The notes under the pieces: generated by a model
Told to the model about the DNA's origin: nothing
The model's database searches: none
What the model saw: the letters and a program-made list of their open reading frames with translations, nothing else
Shown here: positions 1 through 11,057 of the stretch, in pieces
How the letters are laid out: each line of letters begins with the position of its first letter
Numbering within the stretch: position 1 is the first letter of the stretch
Position numbers and translations under genes: made by a program
Assembly: GCA_951406725.2 (NCBI GenBank)
Contig: OX597836.1
Coordinates: 14,756,001 to 14,820,000, forward strand
Direction of reading: 5' to 3'
Origin: Octopus vulgaris
Taxonomy: Eukaryota
Length of the DNA stretch: 64,000 bases

Positions 1-344
1 TACTACTACCAACGCTTCCTTCCTTCCTTCCCCCCACCCCACCCCTTTCGTCTTTTGATATTGCTGGTTTGATTTCATGGATACTAAAATGGACAATGAA
101 ACCGCGTGTAATTATCAAATCAAGTCACTAGATGTCGCTAAGGTATGATGATGAGGGGAAGGTTCGGTGTGTAGGTGTGTCTTGACATTCATCATAAAAC
201 ATAGAATTCCCGACACATACAATCACAATAATTACACCAACAAGAAAAACAAACCCCACTGTTTTTATTTCCGTTTTTGTATTGAGGGTCAAAGAAATTG
301 CTGGAATTATATGGATATTAGACATATAAAGTTCGTCTCGTGTT

Positions 345-735
345 CGCGTAGTGTTCGGTTCAGTCCCACCGTACAGCACCTTGGAAGTGTCTGTTCCATT
401 GTACCCCCCAGGTAAATTCGTTTCTTCTGAGTAAATGATGTTAGGTGGAAACTGCACGTGTAGGAGGCTATTTTATTTCTTTACTACCCACAAGGGGCTA
501 AACACAGAGGGGACAAACAAGGACAGACAAAGTGATTAAGTCGATTATATCGACCCCAGTGCGTAACTGGTACTTAATTTATCGACCCCCGAAAGGATGA
601 AAGGCAAAGTCGACCTCGGCAGAATTTGAACTCAGAACGTAGCGGCAGACGAAATACCGGAAAGCATTTCGCCCGGCGTGCTAACGATTCTGCCAGCTCG
701 CCGCTTTAGGAGTCACGTGTAGGAGACTGTCGTGC

Positions 736-789
<54 letters not shown>

Positions 790-790
790 T
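345..790 (+). mobile_element. Degenerate tRNA-derived SINE (family B), split by a family-A SINE
   Basis: GGTTCAGTCCCAC...CACCTTGGAAGTGTCT...GGAAACTG then (TG)n resembles the intact copy at 60588-61016; CACGTGTAGGAG is repeated at 455 and 714 around the insert. Confidence 0.55.
474..705 (-). mobile_element. tRNA-derived SINE, family A
   Basis: Reverse complement reads GCGGCGAGCTGGCAGAATCGTTAGC...GAGTTCAAATTC (B-box-like)...AAAGAAATA; about 10 related copies in the window. Confidence 0.9.
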
Positions 791-904
791 ATCATCCAAA
801 ATGGAGATTTCCAAGTGGTTCGCTCCAACAACTGTGGAGATCTCTTCGGCATTTTGCTTTCAAAATTTCTAAACTTTTCAAATTCGTGAAAATAAAAGTT
901 GTAA

Positions 905-1720
905 TGTTTTTAAATTGCTAACGCTAACAACCATTGACTAAGTGGTAGCGTTTTCAATCGTTCATTGTCCAAAAACCATTCTGCCATTTCATTATTGTTA
1001 TTTTGCAAATGAGCTTTTATAAATCTCCGAGCGAGGTATCTATGTGTATCATACAGGTTGAAGATGGGAAGGATGGCTTCCCCTTGCAAATACTCATAGG
1101 GCACATAAAGTGTATCGATAGCCAGCTGGAGGAGGTGTCCTCTTGGGGCTACAAGCTACAGTAGCATCCACCCTTAAGGGTTAGCCACATTTAAGTGGTA
1201 AATATACTTCAAAATGAGCTTTTGTTTGTCCACAACTTTCAGGAGTTGTCGTCTTTCACCTACTTGCTATAAATACCCATTCATTTGCCCGATGATTCTT
1301 TAAGAGACTCGTAACATTCTCCTATACACCCACATTTCAAACGCGTTGATTATATCCTTTTTAAAACGTGTTCAGACTCCCTGTTTTGCAATCATAAATA
1401 CTTATTGGTCAAATGAGCGCTCAGGCTAACCTTGATTTTAACTTAGTTGAGACTCTTTTGCTGATTCCAATGCCTTTACGCTTTTCCATGGATGTTCTTG
1501 CCATGTCTAGCCGTGACCTTTTATTTTTTATCACATATGGCTTCATCAGAAGTTTCAACTCCAAAACACTTATACAATTCAACATGTTTAAGCCTCTTAC
1601 TGACCAGTCTGATTTTAAAATTTGCTTTCTCTCTTACTAATAATATGACTTTAGTTTTCTTATGGTTCAGATAAAGACCAGCTATATTTGATATCATCTC
1701 GAATCTATTTATCATTTCTT
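905..1720 (-). mobile_element. Decayed RTE-clade LINE, RT/C-terminal fragment
   Basis: Minus-strand translation gives GLYLNHKKTKVILL...VELYKCFGV and INAFEMWVYRRMLRVS...ANEWV, typical of RTE RT domain 6-7/thumb; contains stops and frameshifts. Confidence 0.8.
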
Positions 1721-1821
1721 GTAGTCCGGCTTTATAAGATCTACAAATATACTTTGGAGTACTGGAATATGCAGGTGCGCTTCATAAAGATACAGCTCGG
1801 ATTATAACCCTATCTACGTAC

Positions 1822-1853
<32 letters not shown>

Positions 1854-1887
1854 ATATTATTACAAATTTAGGATTTTACCAATAGGA

Positions 1888-1937
<50 letters not shown>

Positions 1938-2361
1938 CTAAATTAATTTTTTAAATGTCTTGCTTTGAAAAACTGCATTTAGGTATGATTAGTATAATTT
2001 TGGTAGTAATGACTTTGTCCCTCTTAGCGTGAGGCATTTATGTGTAATAATGCCCTCTATACAATATAGATATAATTAATTTGTTCAAAGGAAAACAATT
2101 ATTTTCGAATTCTTTTCTTTTATGAGGTTTTCACGCTAACTACCCGATAATTTCTTGTTAAGATCCCTTATTAAGAGATTATCCTTAATTGTTAAACTTA
2201 TTCCGAAATACTTTTCATTACCCGACATGCAGTTCGTAAAAAGCCCGCCATTTACCGGATATATGATTTATAAACATTCCATGTGCTTGGCCGGAGTGGG
2301 CAGTTGTCTGTTCGTCTTCGCTAAGTAAGGTTGGTAGTTTATTTATGATGTGTTCAGAATC

Positions 2362-2419
2362 AGTTCTGCTGAGGATCATAAGACGTAAGTTGAATGTGAA
2401 ATCACGGTGATACAGAACT
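2362..2419 (+). ncRNA. Type I hammerhead ribozyme motif, copy 1
   Basis: AGTTCTG-CTGAGGA-TCATAAGACGTAAGTTGAATGT-GAAA-TCACGGTGA-TA-CAGAACT: perfect 7-bp stem I, CUGANGA and GAAA core, near-palindromic stem III ATCAC-G-GTGAT, AUA cleavage triplet. Confidence 0.85.
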
Positions 2420-2840
2420 AAATTCATTTTTTAAATGTCTTGCTTTGAAAAACTGCATTTAGGTATGATTAGTATAATTTTGGTAGTAATGACTTTGTCC
2501 CTCTTAGTGTGAGGCATTTATGTGTAATAATGCCCTCTATACAATATAGATATAATTAATTTGTTCAAAGGAAAAAATTATTTTCGAATTCTTTTCTTTT
2601 ATGAGGTTTTCACGCTAACTACCCGATAATTTCTTGTTAAGATCCCTTATTAAGAGATTATCCTTAATTGTTAAACTTATTCCGAAATACTTTTCATTAC
2701 CCGACATGCAGTTCGTAAAAAGCCCGCCATTTACCGGATATATGATTTATAAACATTCCATGTGCTTGGCCGGAGTGGGCAGTTGTCTGTTCGTCTTCGC
2801 TACGTAAGGTTGGTAGTTTATTTATGATGTGTTCAGAATC

Positions 2841-2898
2841 AGTTCTGCTGAGGATCATAAGACGTAAGTTGAATGTGAAATCACGGTGATACAGAACT
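2841..2898 (+). ncRNA. Type I hammerhead motif, copy 2
   Basis: Same sequence as 2362-2419. Confidence 0.85.
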
Positions 2899-3320
2899 AA
2901 ATTCATTTTTTAAATGTCTTGCTTTGAAAAACTGCATTTAGGTATGATTAGTATAATTTTGGTAGTAATGACTTTGTCCCTCTTAGCGTGAGGCATTTAT
3001 GTGTAATAATGCCCTCTATACAATATAGATATAATTAATTTGTTCAAAAGAAAAAAATTATTTTCGAATTCTTTTCTTTTATGAGGTTTTCACGCTAACT
3101 ACCCGATAATTTCTTGTTAAGATCCCTTATTAAGAGATTATCCTTAATTGTTAAACTTATTCCGAAATACTTTTCATTACCCGACATGCAGTTCGTAAAA
3201 AGCCCGCCATTTACCGGATATATGATTTATAAACATTCCATGTGCTTGGCCGGAGTGGGCAGTTGTCTGTTCGTCTTCGCTACGTAAGGTTGGTAGTTTA
3301 TTTATGATGTGTTCAGAATC

Positions 3321-3378
3321 AGTTCTGCTGAGGATCATAAGACGTAAGTTGAATGTGAAATCACGGTGATACAGAACT
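3321..3378 (+). ncRNA. Type I hammerhead motif, copy 3
   Basis: Same sequence as 2362-2419. Confidence 0.85.
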
Positions 3379-3801
3379 AAATTCATTTTTTAAATGTCTT
3401 GCTTTGAAAAACTGCATTTAGGTATGATTAGTATAATTTTGGTAGTAATGACTTTGTCCCTCTTAGTGTGAGGCATTTATGTGTAATAATGCCCTCTATA
3501 CAATATAGATATAATTAATTTGTTCAAAAGGAAAAAAATTATTTTCGAATTCTTTTCTTTTATGAGGTTTTCACGCTAACTACCCGATAATTTCTTGTTA
3601 AGATCCCTTATTAAGAGATTATCCTTAATTGTTAAACTTATTCCGAAATACTTTTCATTACCCGACATGCAGTTCGTAAAAAGCCCGCCATTTACCGGAT
3701 ATATGATTTATAAACATTCCATGTGCTTGGCCGGAGTGGGCAGTTGTCTGTTCGTCTTCGCTACGTAAGGTTGGTAGTTTATTTATGATGTGTTCAGAAT
3801 C

Positions 3802-3859
3802 AGTTCTGCTGAGGATCATAAGACGTAAGTTGAATGTGAAATCACGGTGATACAGAACT
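3802..3859 (+). ncRNA. Type I hammerhead motif, copy 4
   Basis: Same sequence as 2362-2419. Confidence 0.85.
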
Positions 3860-4282
3860 AAATTCATTTTTTAAATGTCTTGCTTTGAAAAACTGCATTT
3901 AGGTATGATTAGTATAATTTTGGTAGTAATGACTTTGTCCCTCTTAGTGTGAGGCATTTATGTGTAATAATGCCCTCTATACAATATAGATATAATTAAT
4001 TTGTTCAAAAGGAAAAAAATTATTTTCGAATTCTTTTCTTTTATGAGGTTTTCACGCTAACTACCCGATAATTTCTTGTTAAGATCCCTTATTAAGAGAT
4101 TATCCTTAATTGTTAAACTTATTCCGAAATACTTTTCATTACCCGACATGCAGTTCGTAAAAAGCCCGCCATTTACCGGATATATGATTTATAAACATTC
4201 CATGTGCTTGGCCGGAGTGGGCAGTTGTCTGTTCGTCTTCGCTAAGTAAGGTTGGTAGTTTATTTATGATGTGTTCAGAATC

Positions 4283-4340
4283 AGTTCTGCTGAGGATCAT
4301 AAGACGTAAGTTGAATGTGAAATCACGGTGATACAGAACT
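4283..4340 (+). ncRNA. Type I hammerhead motif, copy 5
   Basis: Same sequence as 2362-2419. Confidence 0.85.
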
Positions 4341-4761
4341 AAATTCATTTTTTAAATGTCTTGCTTTGAAAAACTGCATTTAGGTATGATTAGTATAATT
4401 TTGGTAGTAATGACTTTGTCCCTCTTAGTGTGAGGCATTTATGTGTAATAATGCCCTCTATACAATATAGATATAATTAATTTGTTCAAAGGAAAAAATT
4501 ATTTTCGAATTCTTTTCTTTTATGAGGTTTTCACGCTAACTACCCGATAATTTCTTGTTAAGATCCCTTATTAAGAGATTATCCTTAATTGTTAAACTTA
4601 TTCCGAAATACTTTTCATTACCCGACATGCAGTTCGTAAAAAGCCCGCCATTTACCGGATATATGATTTATAAACATTCCATGTGCTTGGCCGGAGTGGG
4701 CAGTTGTCTGTTCGTCTTCGCTACGTAAGGTTGGTAGTTTATTTATGATGTGTTCAGAATC

Positions 4762-4819
4762 AGTTCTGCTGAGGATCATAAGACGTAAGTTGAATGTGAA
4801 ATCACGGTGATACAGAACT
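4762..4819 (+). ncRNA. Type I hammerhead motif, copy 6
   Basis: Same sequence as 2362-2419. Confidence 0.85.
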
Positions 4820-5241
4820 AAATTCATTTTTTAAATGTCTTGCTTTGAAAAACTGCATTTAGGTATGATTAGTATAATTTTGGTAGTAATGACTTTGTCC
4901 CTCTTAGTGTGAGGCATTTATGTGTAATAATGCCCTCTATACAATATAGATATAATTAATTTGTTCAAAAGAAAAAAATTATTTTCGAATTCTTTTCTTT
5001 TATGAGGTTTTCACGCTAACTACCCGATAATTTCTTGTTAAGATCCCTTATTAAGAGATTATCCTTAATTGTTAAACTTATTCCGAAATACTTTTCATTA
5101 CCCGACATGCAGTTCGTAAAAAGCCCGCCATTTACCGGATATATGATTTATAAACATTCCATGTGCTTGGCCGGAGTGGGCAGTTGTCTGTTCGTCTTCG
5201 CTACGTAAGGTTGGTAGTTTATTTATGATGTGTTCAGAATC

Positions 5242-5299
5242 AGTTCTGCTGAGGATCATAAGACGTAAGTTGAATGTGAAATCACGGTGATACAGAACT
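5242..5299 (+). ncRNA. Type I hammerhead motif, copy 7
   Basis: Same sequence as 2362-2419. Confidence 0.85.
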
Positions 5300-5555
5300 A
5301 AATTCATTTTTTAAATGTCTTGCTTTGAAAAACTGCATTTAGGTATGATTAGTATAATTTTGGTAGTAATGACTTTGTCCCTCTTAGTGTGAGGCATTTA
5401 TGTGTAATAATGCCCTCTATACAATATAGATATAATTAATTTGTTCAAAGAAAAAAATTATTTTCGAATTCTTTTCTTTTATGAGGTTTTCACGCTAACT
5501 ACCCGATAATTTCTTGTTAAGATCCCTTATTAAGAGATTATCCTTAATTGTTAAA

Positions 5556-5588
<33 letters not shown>

Positions 5589-5591
<3 letters not shown>

Positions 5592-5744
5592 ATTTGATTG
5601 CAGCCATGCTGGAGAACCGCTTTAGAGGGTTTTAGTCGAAGAAGTCGCCCCCCAGGACTTATTCTTTGTAAGTATAGTACTTATTCTATTGATCACTTTT
5701 GCCGAGCTGCTACGTTACTGGGACGTAAACGCACCAACATGAGT

Positions 5745-5745
<1 letters not shown>
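5589..5745 (-). mobile_element. SINE family B, 3' tail fragment
   Basis: Matches the reverse complement of the tail at about 60860-61016 (GCCATGCTGGAG...GGACTTATTCTTTGTAAG). Confidence 0.8.
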
Positions 5746-5803
<58 letters not shown>

Positions 5804-5823
5804 ATATACGCATATATATATAG

Positions 5824-5880
<57 letters not shown>

Positions 5881-6253
5881 CCCGTACATACATATATATG
5901 CATATTTACGGCTATTTGTGGATGTGTGTGAGTATGTGCGTGTGTGTATATGTGTTTGAGTGTGTCTGTGTATGTACAAGTTACACTACGAACGGTTATA
6001 CTATCGTACTGAGTCGAAAACTAAGACGTGTGTCGTTGGAGAAGAAAGCGACGTGCGCCATTTTCATCAGAACTGATGGTCGGTAGCTATCCTGCACAAT
6101 TCTTTAATCAGTATTAATTTCATTTGTTCTATCGTGTTATTATACGTTTCGAGGTAGACTGGTGAGTATACACACCCACCCACACAAACAGATAAAAATA
6201 TACATATATTATACACGCGTATATGATGTATGTATATAGGCGAACATAGATAA

Positions 6254-6413
<160 letters not shown>

Positions 6414-6549
6414 TTCACATATCTCAGTCGTAAAACCAGTGAAGCACGAATAAAGACGAACGATAACTTCAATAATCATATCGTCAAATTCATCATCATT
6501 ATCATTATCATCATCATAATCAGTAGCAGCAGCAGCGTCAACATCATCA

Positions 6550-6581
<32 letters not shown>

Positions 6582-7125
6582 AACATTATAATTAGTCCAT
6601 TCATCATCATCCCCATCAGCAGCAGCGGCAGCGGCACCAGCATTAATTGTGTATAGACAATAGTTACGGACAATTGAGTCGTTTACCACCAAGAACCATA
6701 ACCACCTCCTCCGTTATTAATCAACGTTGCGAGCTACGAACTGGGCGATCTACTGTCACATATGTTTATGTGTGCGATTATATATATATATATGTATATA
6801 TGTATATATATATATAGAATAAAACTTTATATATAAAGAACGTGAAATATACGAAGTGACGAACACGGAAAACAGACAAGTCATTCGAAGCCTTCATTCT
6901 TCAGTCAGAAACCGAATCATCATGGCAAATTTCGGCTGTTTAATTCATATATATATATGTATGTATGTATGTATGTATTCACATATATACATTCATAAAT
7001 ATATATATATACATATATATATAAATACACATATGTATATACGTATATGTACATATATATAAAACTACATATATGTGTATGTGCGTACTCCGTCTTCCCT
7101 TCTCTGGATCTTTCCTTTACCTATA

Positions 7126-7160
7126 TTTCTGACGACGAGCTCCGCTCGAAACGTAAAACC
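7126..7160 (+). ncRNA. Minimal hammerhead-like motif (Penelope type)
   Basis: TTT-CTGACGA-C-GAGC-TCC-GCTC-GAAA-CGT-A-AAA; palindromic ACGT stem III; stem I only 3 bp. Confidence 0.65.
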
Positions 7161-7285
7161 TTCCTTCTTCCCTTCCTTCCTGAGCGTCCAATAATACTAT
7201 ATTTGTTCCACGTCCACGCGTTGTTGTGTTTTCATGTTTGGATTAACTTTATATATATATATATGCACACACACACACACACATA

Positions 7286-7860
7286 CACCAATCCCCCGAC
7301 TATTGCGGATGTTACGTTCCAAATCCCCACCTCGCGATAGCCAAAGACCCGCGAAGTAGAAACAGTACTTAGGAGTATCCGTGTCTTCTCCTGTTTTGCC
7401 GGTGAGGAACATAGTGCTGGCGCTGCCTTTTCTTCTGTGTAAGAAGGTTCTTATAAACCTCCATGGCTTCGTCGAATGCATTTGTGAACTACAACGCACG
7501 TATCATCTGGGGGTCTCAATCTTCCGCCATTCTTTGAAGTACTTTTGCCGTTACAGTGATAGGCCGACTTCTTCCTCCCCCTGGATCCTCTTGTTCTTGT
7601 TGTTCTTCTTCTTGCCACACTTTTCACTGTCTTGTTAAAAGTCACTTTTGCCGTCGCCCTTATATTTCTTTGTCCCTTTTTGGTGTGGCTAACGGTAGAT
7701 TCACTGATGCCGTAATAGCCGCCTACATCCGTATACCTTCTCCCTTCCTGAAGCATCTCGAGGTGTCTCACTTTCTCTGCTATAGTAAGCATCTTTCTCT
7801 GGCGCTTGGGTTCCCTGCCAGAAGCCTTAGAAGGTGTGGAACGTTTGGGCGACATCGTAG
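7286..7860 (-). mobile_element. Internally deleted Tigger/pogo-type DNA transposon
   Basis: ORF 7451-7855 starts with a CENP-B/psq-like HTH (KRQRKMLTIAEKV...YGISESTVS) joined to a Tigger-like C-terminal piece (DEAMEVYKNLL in another frame); Tigger-like terminus TA|CACCAATCCCCCGACTATTGCGG at 7284; no DDE domain. Confidence 0.8.
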
Positions 7861-7924
7861 GGCTTGAAATAAAGTAACCATCTTACATACAAATTCAAAA
7901 CAATACCACACACTCGCCACCCAA

Positions 7925-8120
7925 GTTTCGAAACCTATTCAATGATATTCAATTCGAAACCCTCTCAATTATAGAATAAATTACTTCTCTCGGATGATTA
8001 TAGTTTCTGTTCACATAATTTAAGCTTTCATCAGGTTTATGATACCGGTCTAGTTCAAGCGTCACGTCTTGAATGCTGGCTCCTTTAAGATTATTTTCAA
8101 TATTAATGGAATAGTCCAAA
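7925..8120 (-). mobile_element. Penelope-like RT thumb fragment
   Basis: INIENNLKGASIQDVTLELDRYHKPDESLNYVNRNYNHPREVI resembles the PLE pattern FLDVTL..YxKP....Y...SNHP. Confidence 0.65.
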
Positions 8121-8228
8121 GGCGGTGAGCTGGTAGAATCGTTACAGCACCGAGGAAAATGCTTAGCTGTACTTCGTCCGTCTTTACGTTCTGAAGTCAA
8201 ATGCTACCAAGGTCGACTTTGCCTTTTA
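8121..8228 (+). mobile_element. SINE family A, diverged 5' fragment
   Basis: GGCGGTGAGCTGGTAGAATCGTTA...GGTCGACTTTGCCTTT. Confidence 0.8.
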
Positions 8229-8311
8229 TAAGTAATATTTCGAGATACTAGTTGAGATGATGCCTTCTAGTATCTCGAAATTTAATATACAATTATTCAT
8301 AATTGTAGTGT

Positions 8312-8402
8312 CCTACGCTGATGAGAAAAGAAGTTGGGTAAGATATAATTATCTAATTCTTATGCTTTCCTAAAACTTAATTTCGAAACGTACGTCCGTA
8401 GG
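8312..8402 (+). ncRNA. Type I hammerhead motif with long domain II
   Basis: CCTACG-CTGATGA-G...C-GAAA-CGTACG-TC-CGTAGG: perfect 6-bp stem I, canonical core, G-C pair closing stem II, palindromic stem III, GUC site. Confidence 0.85.
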
Positions 8403-8588
8403 TGACTTAAAATTGTATGATAGATTGCCGTCATTTCATTCTCTCTTACCTGTCTGTGTTTGCCTTTCAAGTGCTGTGTTTTTACTGAGATCTCCCTTTT
8501 AGTAGAAAGAATAGCTATAACTCTTTGACTGCTATTTCTAAATTCGGTGTGTGGTGAGGCAATTCGTTGCTAAACCCTTAATTGCTTA

Positions 8589-8693
<105 letters not shown>

Positions 8694-8813
8694 CATACAT
8701 ATATCGAAGGCATGAACTTTCTGTAAATAAATTATTCATGATGAATCTCTCAAAAAGAGATGAAAGAGCTAAATAAATAATTATCCAGAAGCCTGACTAT
8801 CTCCTTTTTCTCA

Positions 8814-8846
<33 letters not shown>

Positions 8847-9534
8847 TGTATGCATGCATGTATGCATGTATGTATGCATGTATGAACGTATGAATGTATG
8901 TATGCAGCGTATAGTATTTTGTGATGCCTTGTATTCACACATATATTGCATAAAGAGCTACATAATCCGACGTGTCCTTCCGAACAACGGCTGAATAGGA
9001 TTTCAAGGGTGTAGTTGCTATTTCTAGGATTTAATTATAATCACGAGCTAGTTCTTTCAGACCGAGCGACTGAGCAGAGGCGTCCTCCCTGATCATTAAT
9101 CTTCTTTTTCCTTCTCCAGTTTGACGTTTTTTGGCTCAATATTCGAAAACTTTAGCCAATCAGAGTTTGCACCTAGTTTTGCCAATTTTGGGTTCCTCTA
9201 CTTAACTATTTGGTCATCGCCGCATCATATTTTATTGTTTTCGTAGCTTGTTTAACTTCTATTTATTTATTTAGTGATAATTCTCTTTCTAGAATATTCT
9301 GTTCTTCGGTCCGAAGGAAATAGCATGTGGCAGGAGGTGTGCAGACGGTTTGAGAGGAATAAATCACAGAAATGAAATATATTAAAGATATTTTATTCCT
9401 CTTCATCTACGGATTTGGAGGGACCACCGTTGCTCCATACCGCGCCCCACCATCTTGACAACACCCCCACCTCACTTCTACAACTATGAAACTTTACATA
9501 ACCGCCATTTTACACCATGAAGTTCCAATACGAA

Positions 9535-9937
9535 TCCTCTCTCCTTCTCTCTCTCTCTCTCTTTCACTCTCTCTTTCCTTCCCTCTCCTTCTCTTTCTCT
9601 CTCTTTCCTTACCTCTTCTTTCCTTTCTCTCCTTCTTTCTCTCTCTTTCTCTCTCTCTCTCTCCCTCTCAACTCCTTCTTCTCCCTCGCATCTCCTACTT
9701 CTCTCTGTCTATCTCTCTATCTCAGCTTCTTTCTTTCTTTCTTTCTATTATCTCCCACTCTCATCTCTCTCCCTGTCTCTTTTACTCTCTCTCTCCCTCT
9801 TTCTCTCATCTCCCTCTCTCTTTCGTCTCCTCCCTCTCTCTTTCATTTCCTACCTCTCTCTCTCTCCCTCTCTGTATATCTATCTCTGTTACCGCTTTTT
9901 CTTTCTCTCACTCTTATCTCCTCTCTTTCATCTCTCT

Positions 9938-9972
<35 letters not shown>

Positions 9973-10015
9973 ACTCATTCTCCTTCCCCCTCTCTCTCTC
10001 ACCTCTCTCTCTCTC
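9535..10015. repeat. CT-rich low-complexity tract
   Basis: Degenerate (CT)n. Confidence 0.9.
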
Positions 10016-10477
10016 ACGCAACCATCAATTTATCACTTTACCCAGTTTGTTCACTTAGCTACGCCACATCAAATCAACTTTACATGAAATGAGCGCCATA
10101 CCACACTACGGCACACCCCGACGCGCCGCACCGTGCCACACCACGCGACGTCACCTCGCCTCCCACACACAAACGCATACATATATACACATCACACAAC
10201 TACCTACTGCAAATGTCTACAAAATTAGTAACCCACCACCACCGACACCACCAGCGCTGCAGTCGCTGTCACCGCCGCCGCCGCTACCAACACCATCACC
10301 ATCACCATCTCTACCACCATTACCACCACCAACACCATCATCACCACCCCTATCGCAACCATCACTACCATCACCACCATCACCACCACCATCACCACCA
10401 TCATCACCACCATCACCACCACCACCATCACCACCACCATCACCACCACCACCACCATAATAATAATAATAATAATA

Positions 10478-11034
10478 AATGCCCTGATGCAGTACCTGGC
10501 AGTGGCTCTCGTGGCTTCTGATCTTAAGTGATTGGAAGTGTTATCATGTACCTTGTTTTGTCTTGGTATAAAAGATGGGCTACAGCAAATATTCTGCTCA
10601 ATATCACAGATTTGCTTGTCAGCTGTTTAACCTTAACCAGTTGAGCATGTCCCTTAGTGGCTGATGATATGTGCGTCACTGATCACGAGCAGAAGTAGTG
10701 GGGGGCGCATCATAGCCATGTGTTGAGAGGGATTCTTTGGGGTTTAAATAATTCAACTCTGGAAACTTGGATGTTTCATTCAACATCCTTAAATAACCCT
10801 TATTCAACGACCATTTGAGCGGGATAGGGGTACTTGACCAGAAGAAAATTCTCACTGGGCCCCACTTGCAAGGTCATGCACTGTTTATCTTGATATGAGA
10901 TCACCATGTCGCGCACATATGGTTGTGATGCATGTGCCTAGTGTACCCTCAGACGGGTAGTCATGATGGGTATACTGGGCTTCGTATATTTTACCCCAGT
11001 GTCACTTTGACGGCATGCGCTGCTTTCTCACTCA
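10478..11034 (+). mobile_element. Unclassified interspersed repeat of about 555 bp in (AAT)n, copy 1 (strand arbitrary)
   Basis: Homologous to the inverted copy at 14261-14790; both copies are flanked by AAT/ATT repeats. Confidence 0.8.
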
Positions 11035-11057
11035 ATAATAATAATAATATAATAATT

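Larger units (their letters stand above)
1933..5560 (+). repeat. Tandem array of 479-481 bp units (7 full + 268 bp partial), hammerhead at each junction; candidate non-LTR retrozyme
   Basis: Units start at 1933, 2413, 2892, 3372, 3853, 4334, 4813 and 5293; near-identical; (TA)n on both sides. Confidence 0.95.

Noticed and set aside
2218-5307. Seven 69-aa minus-strand ORFs as a tandem gene family
   Set aside because: Short, no recognisable domain, antisense to the ribozyme; they recur only because the unit does.
1933-5560. CRISPR array or 5S/tRNA gene array
   Set aside because: No unique spacers, and no 5S or tRNA structure in the unit.
6000-6075. Minus-strand CTGATGA as a hammerhead
   Set aside because: No GAAA box at the expected place.
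6860-6945. Minus-strand CTGAAGA...TTCGAATGAC as a hammerhead
   Set aside because: GAAA and stem III not satisfied; at most heavily decayed.
7985-8040. Minus-strand CTGATGA...GAAACTATAATC as a hammerhead
   Set aside because: No stem I or II pairing; better explained as PLE RT codons (KPDE...NRNYNHP).
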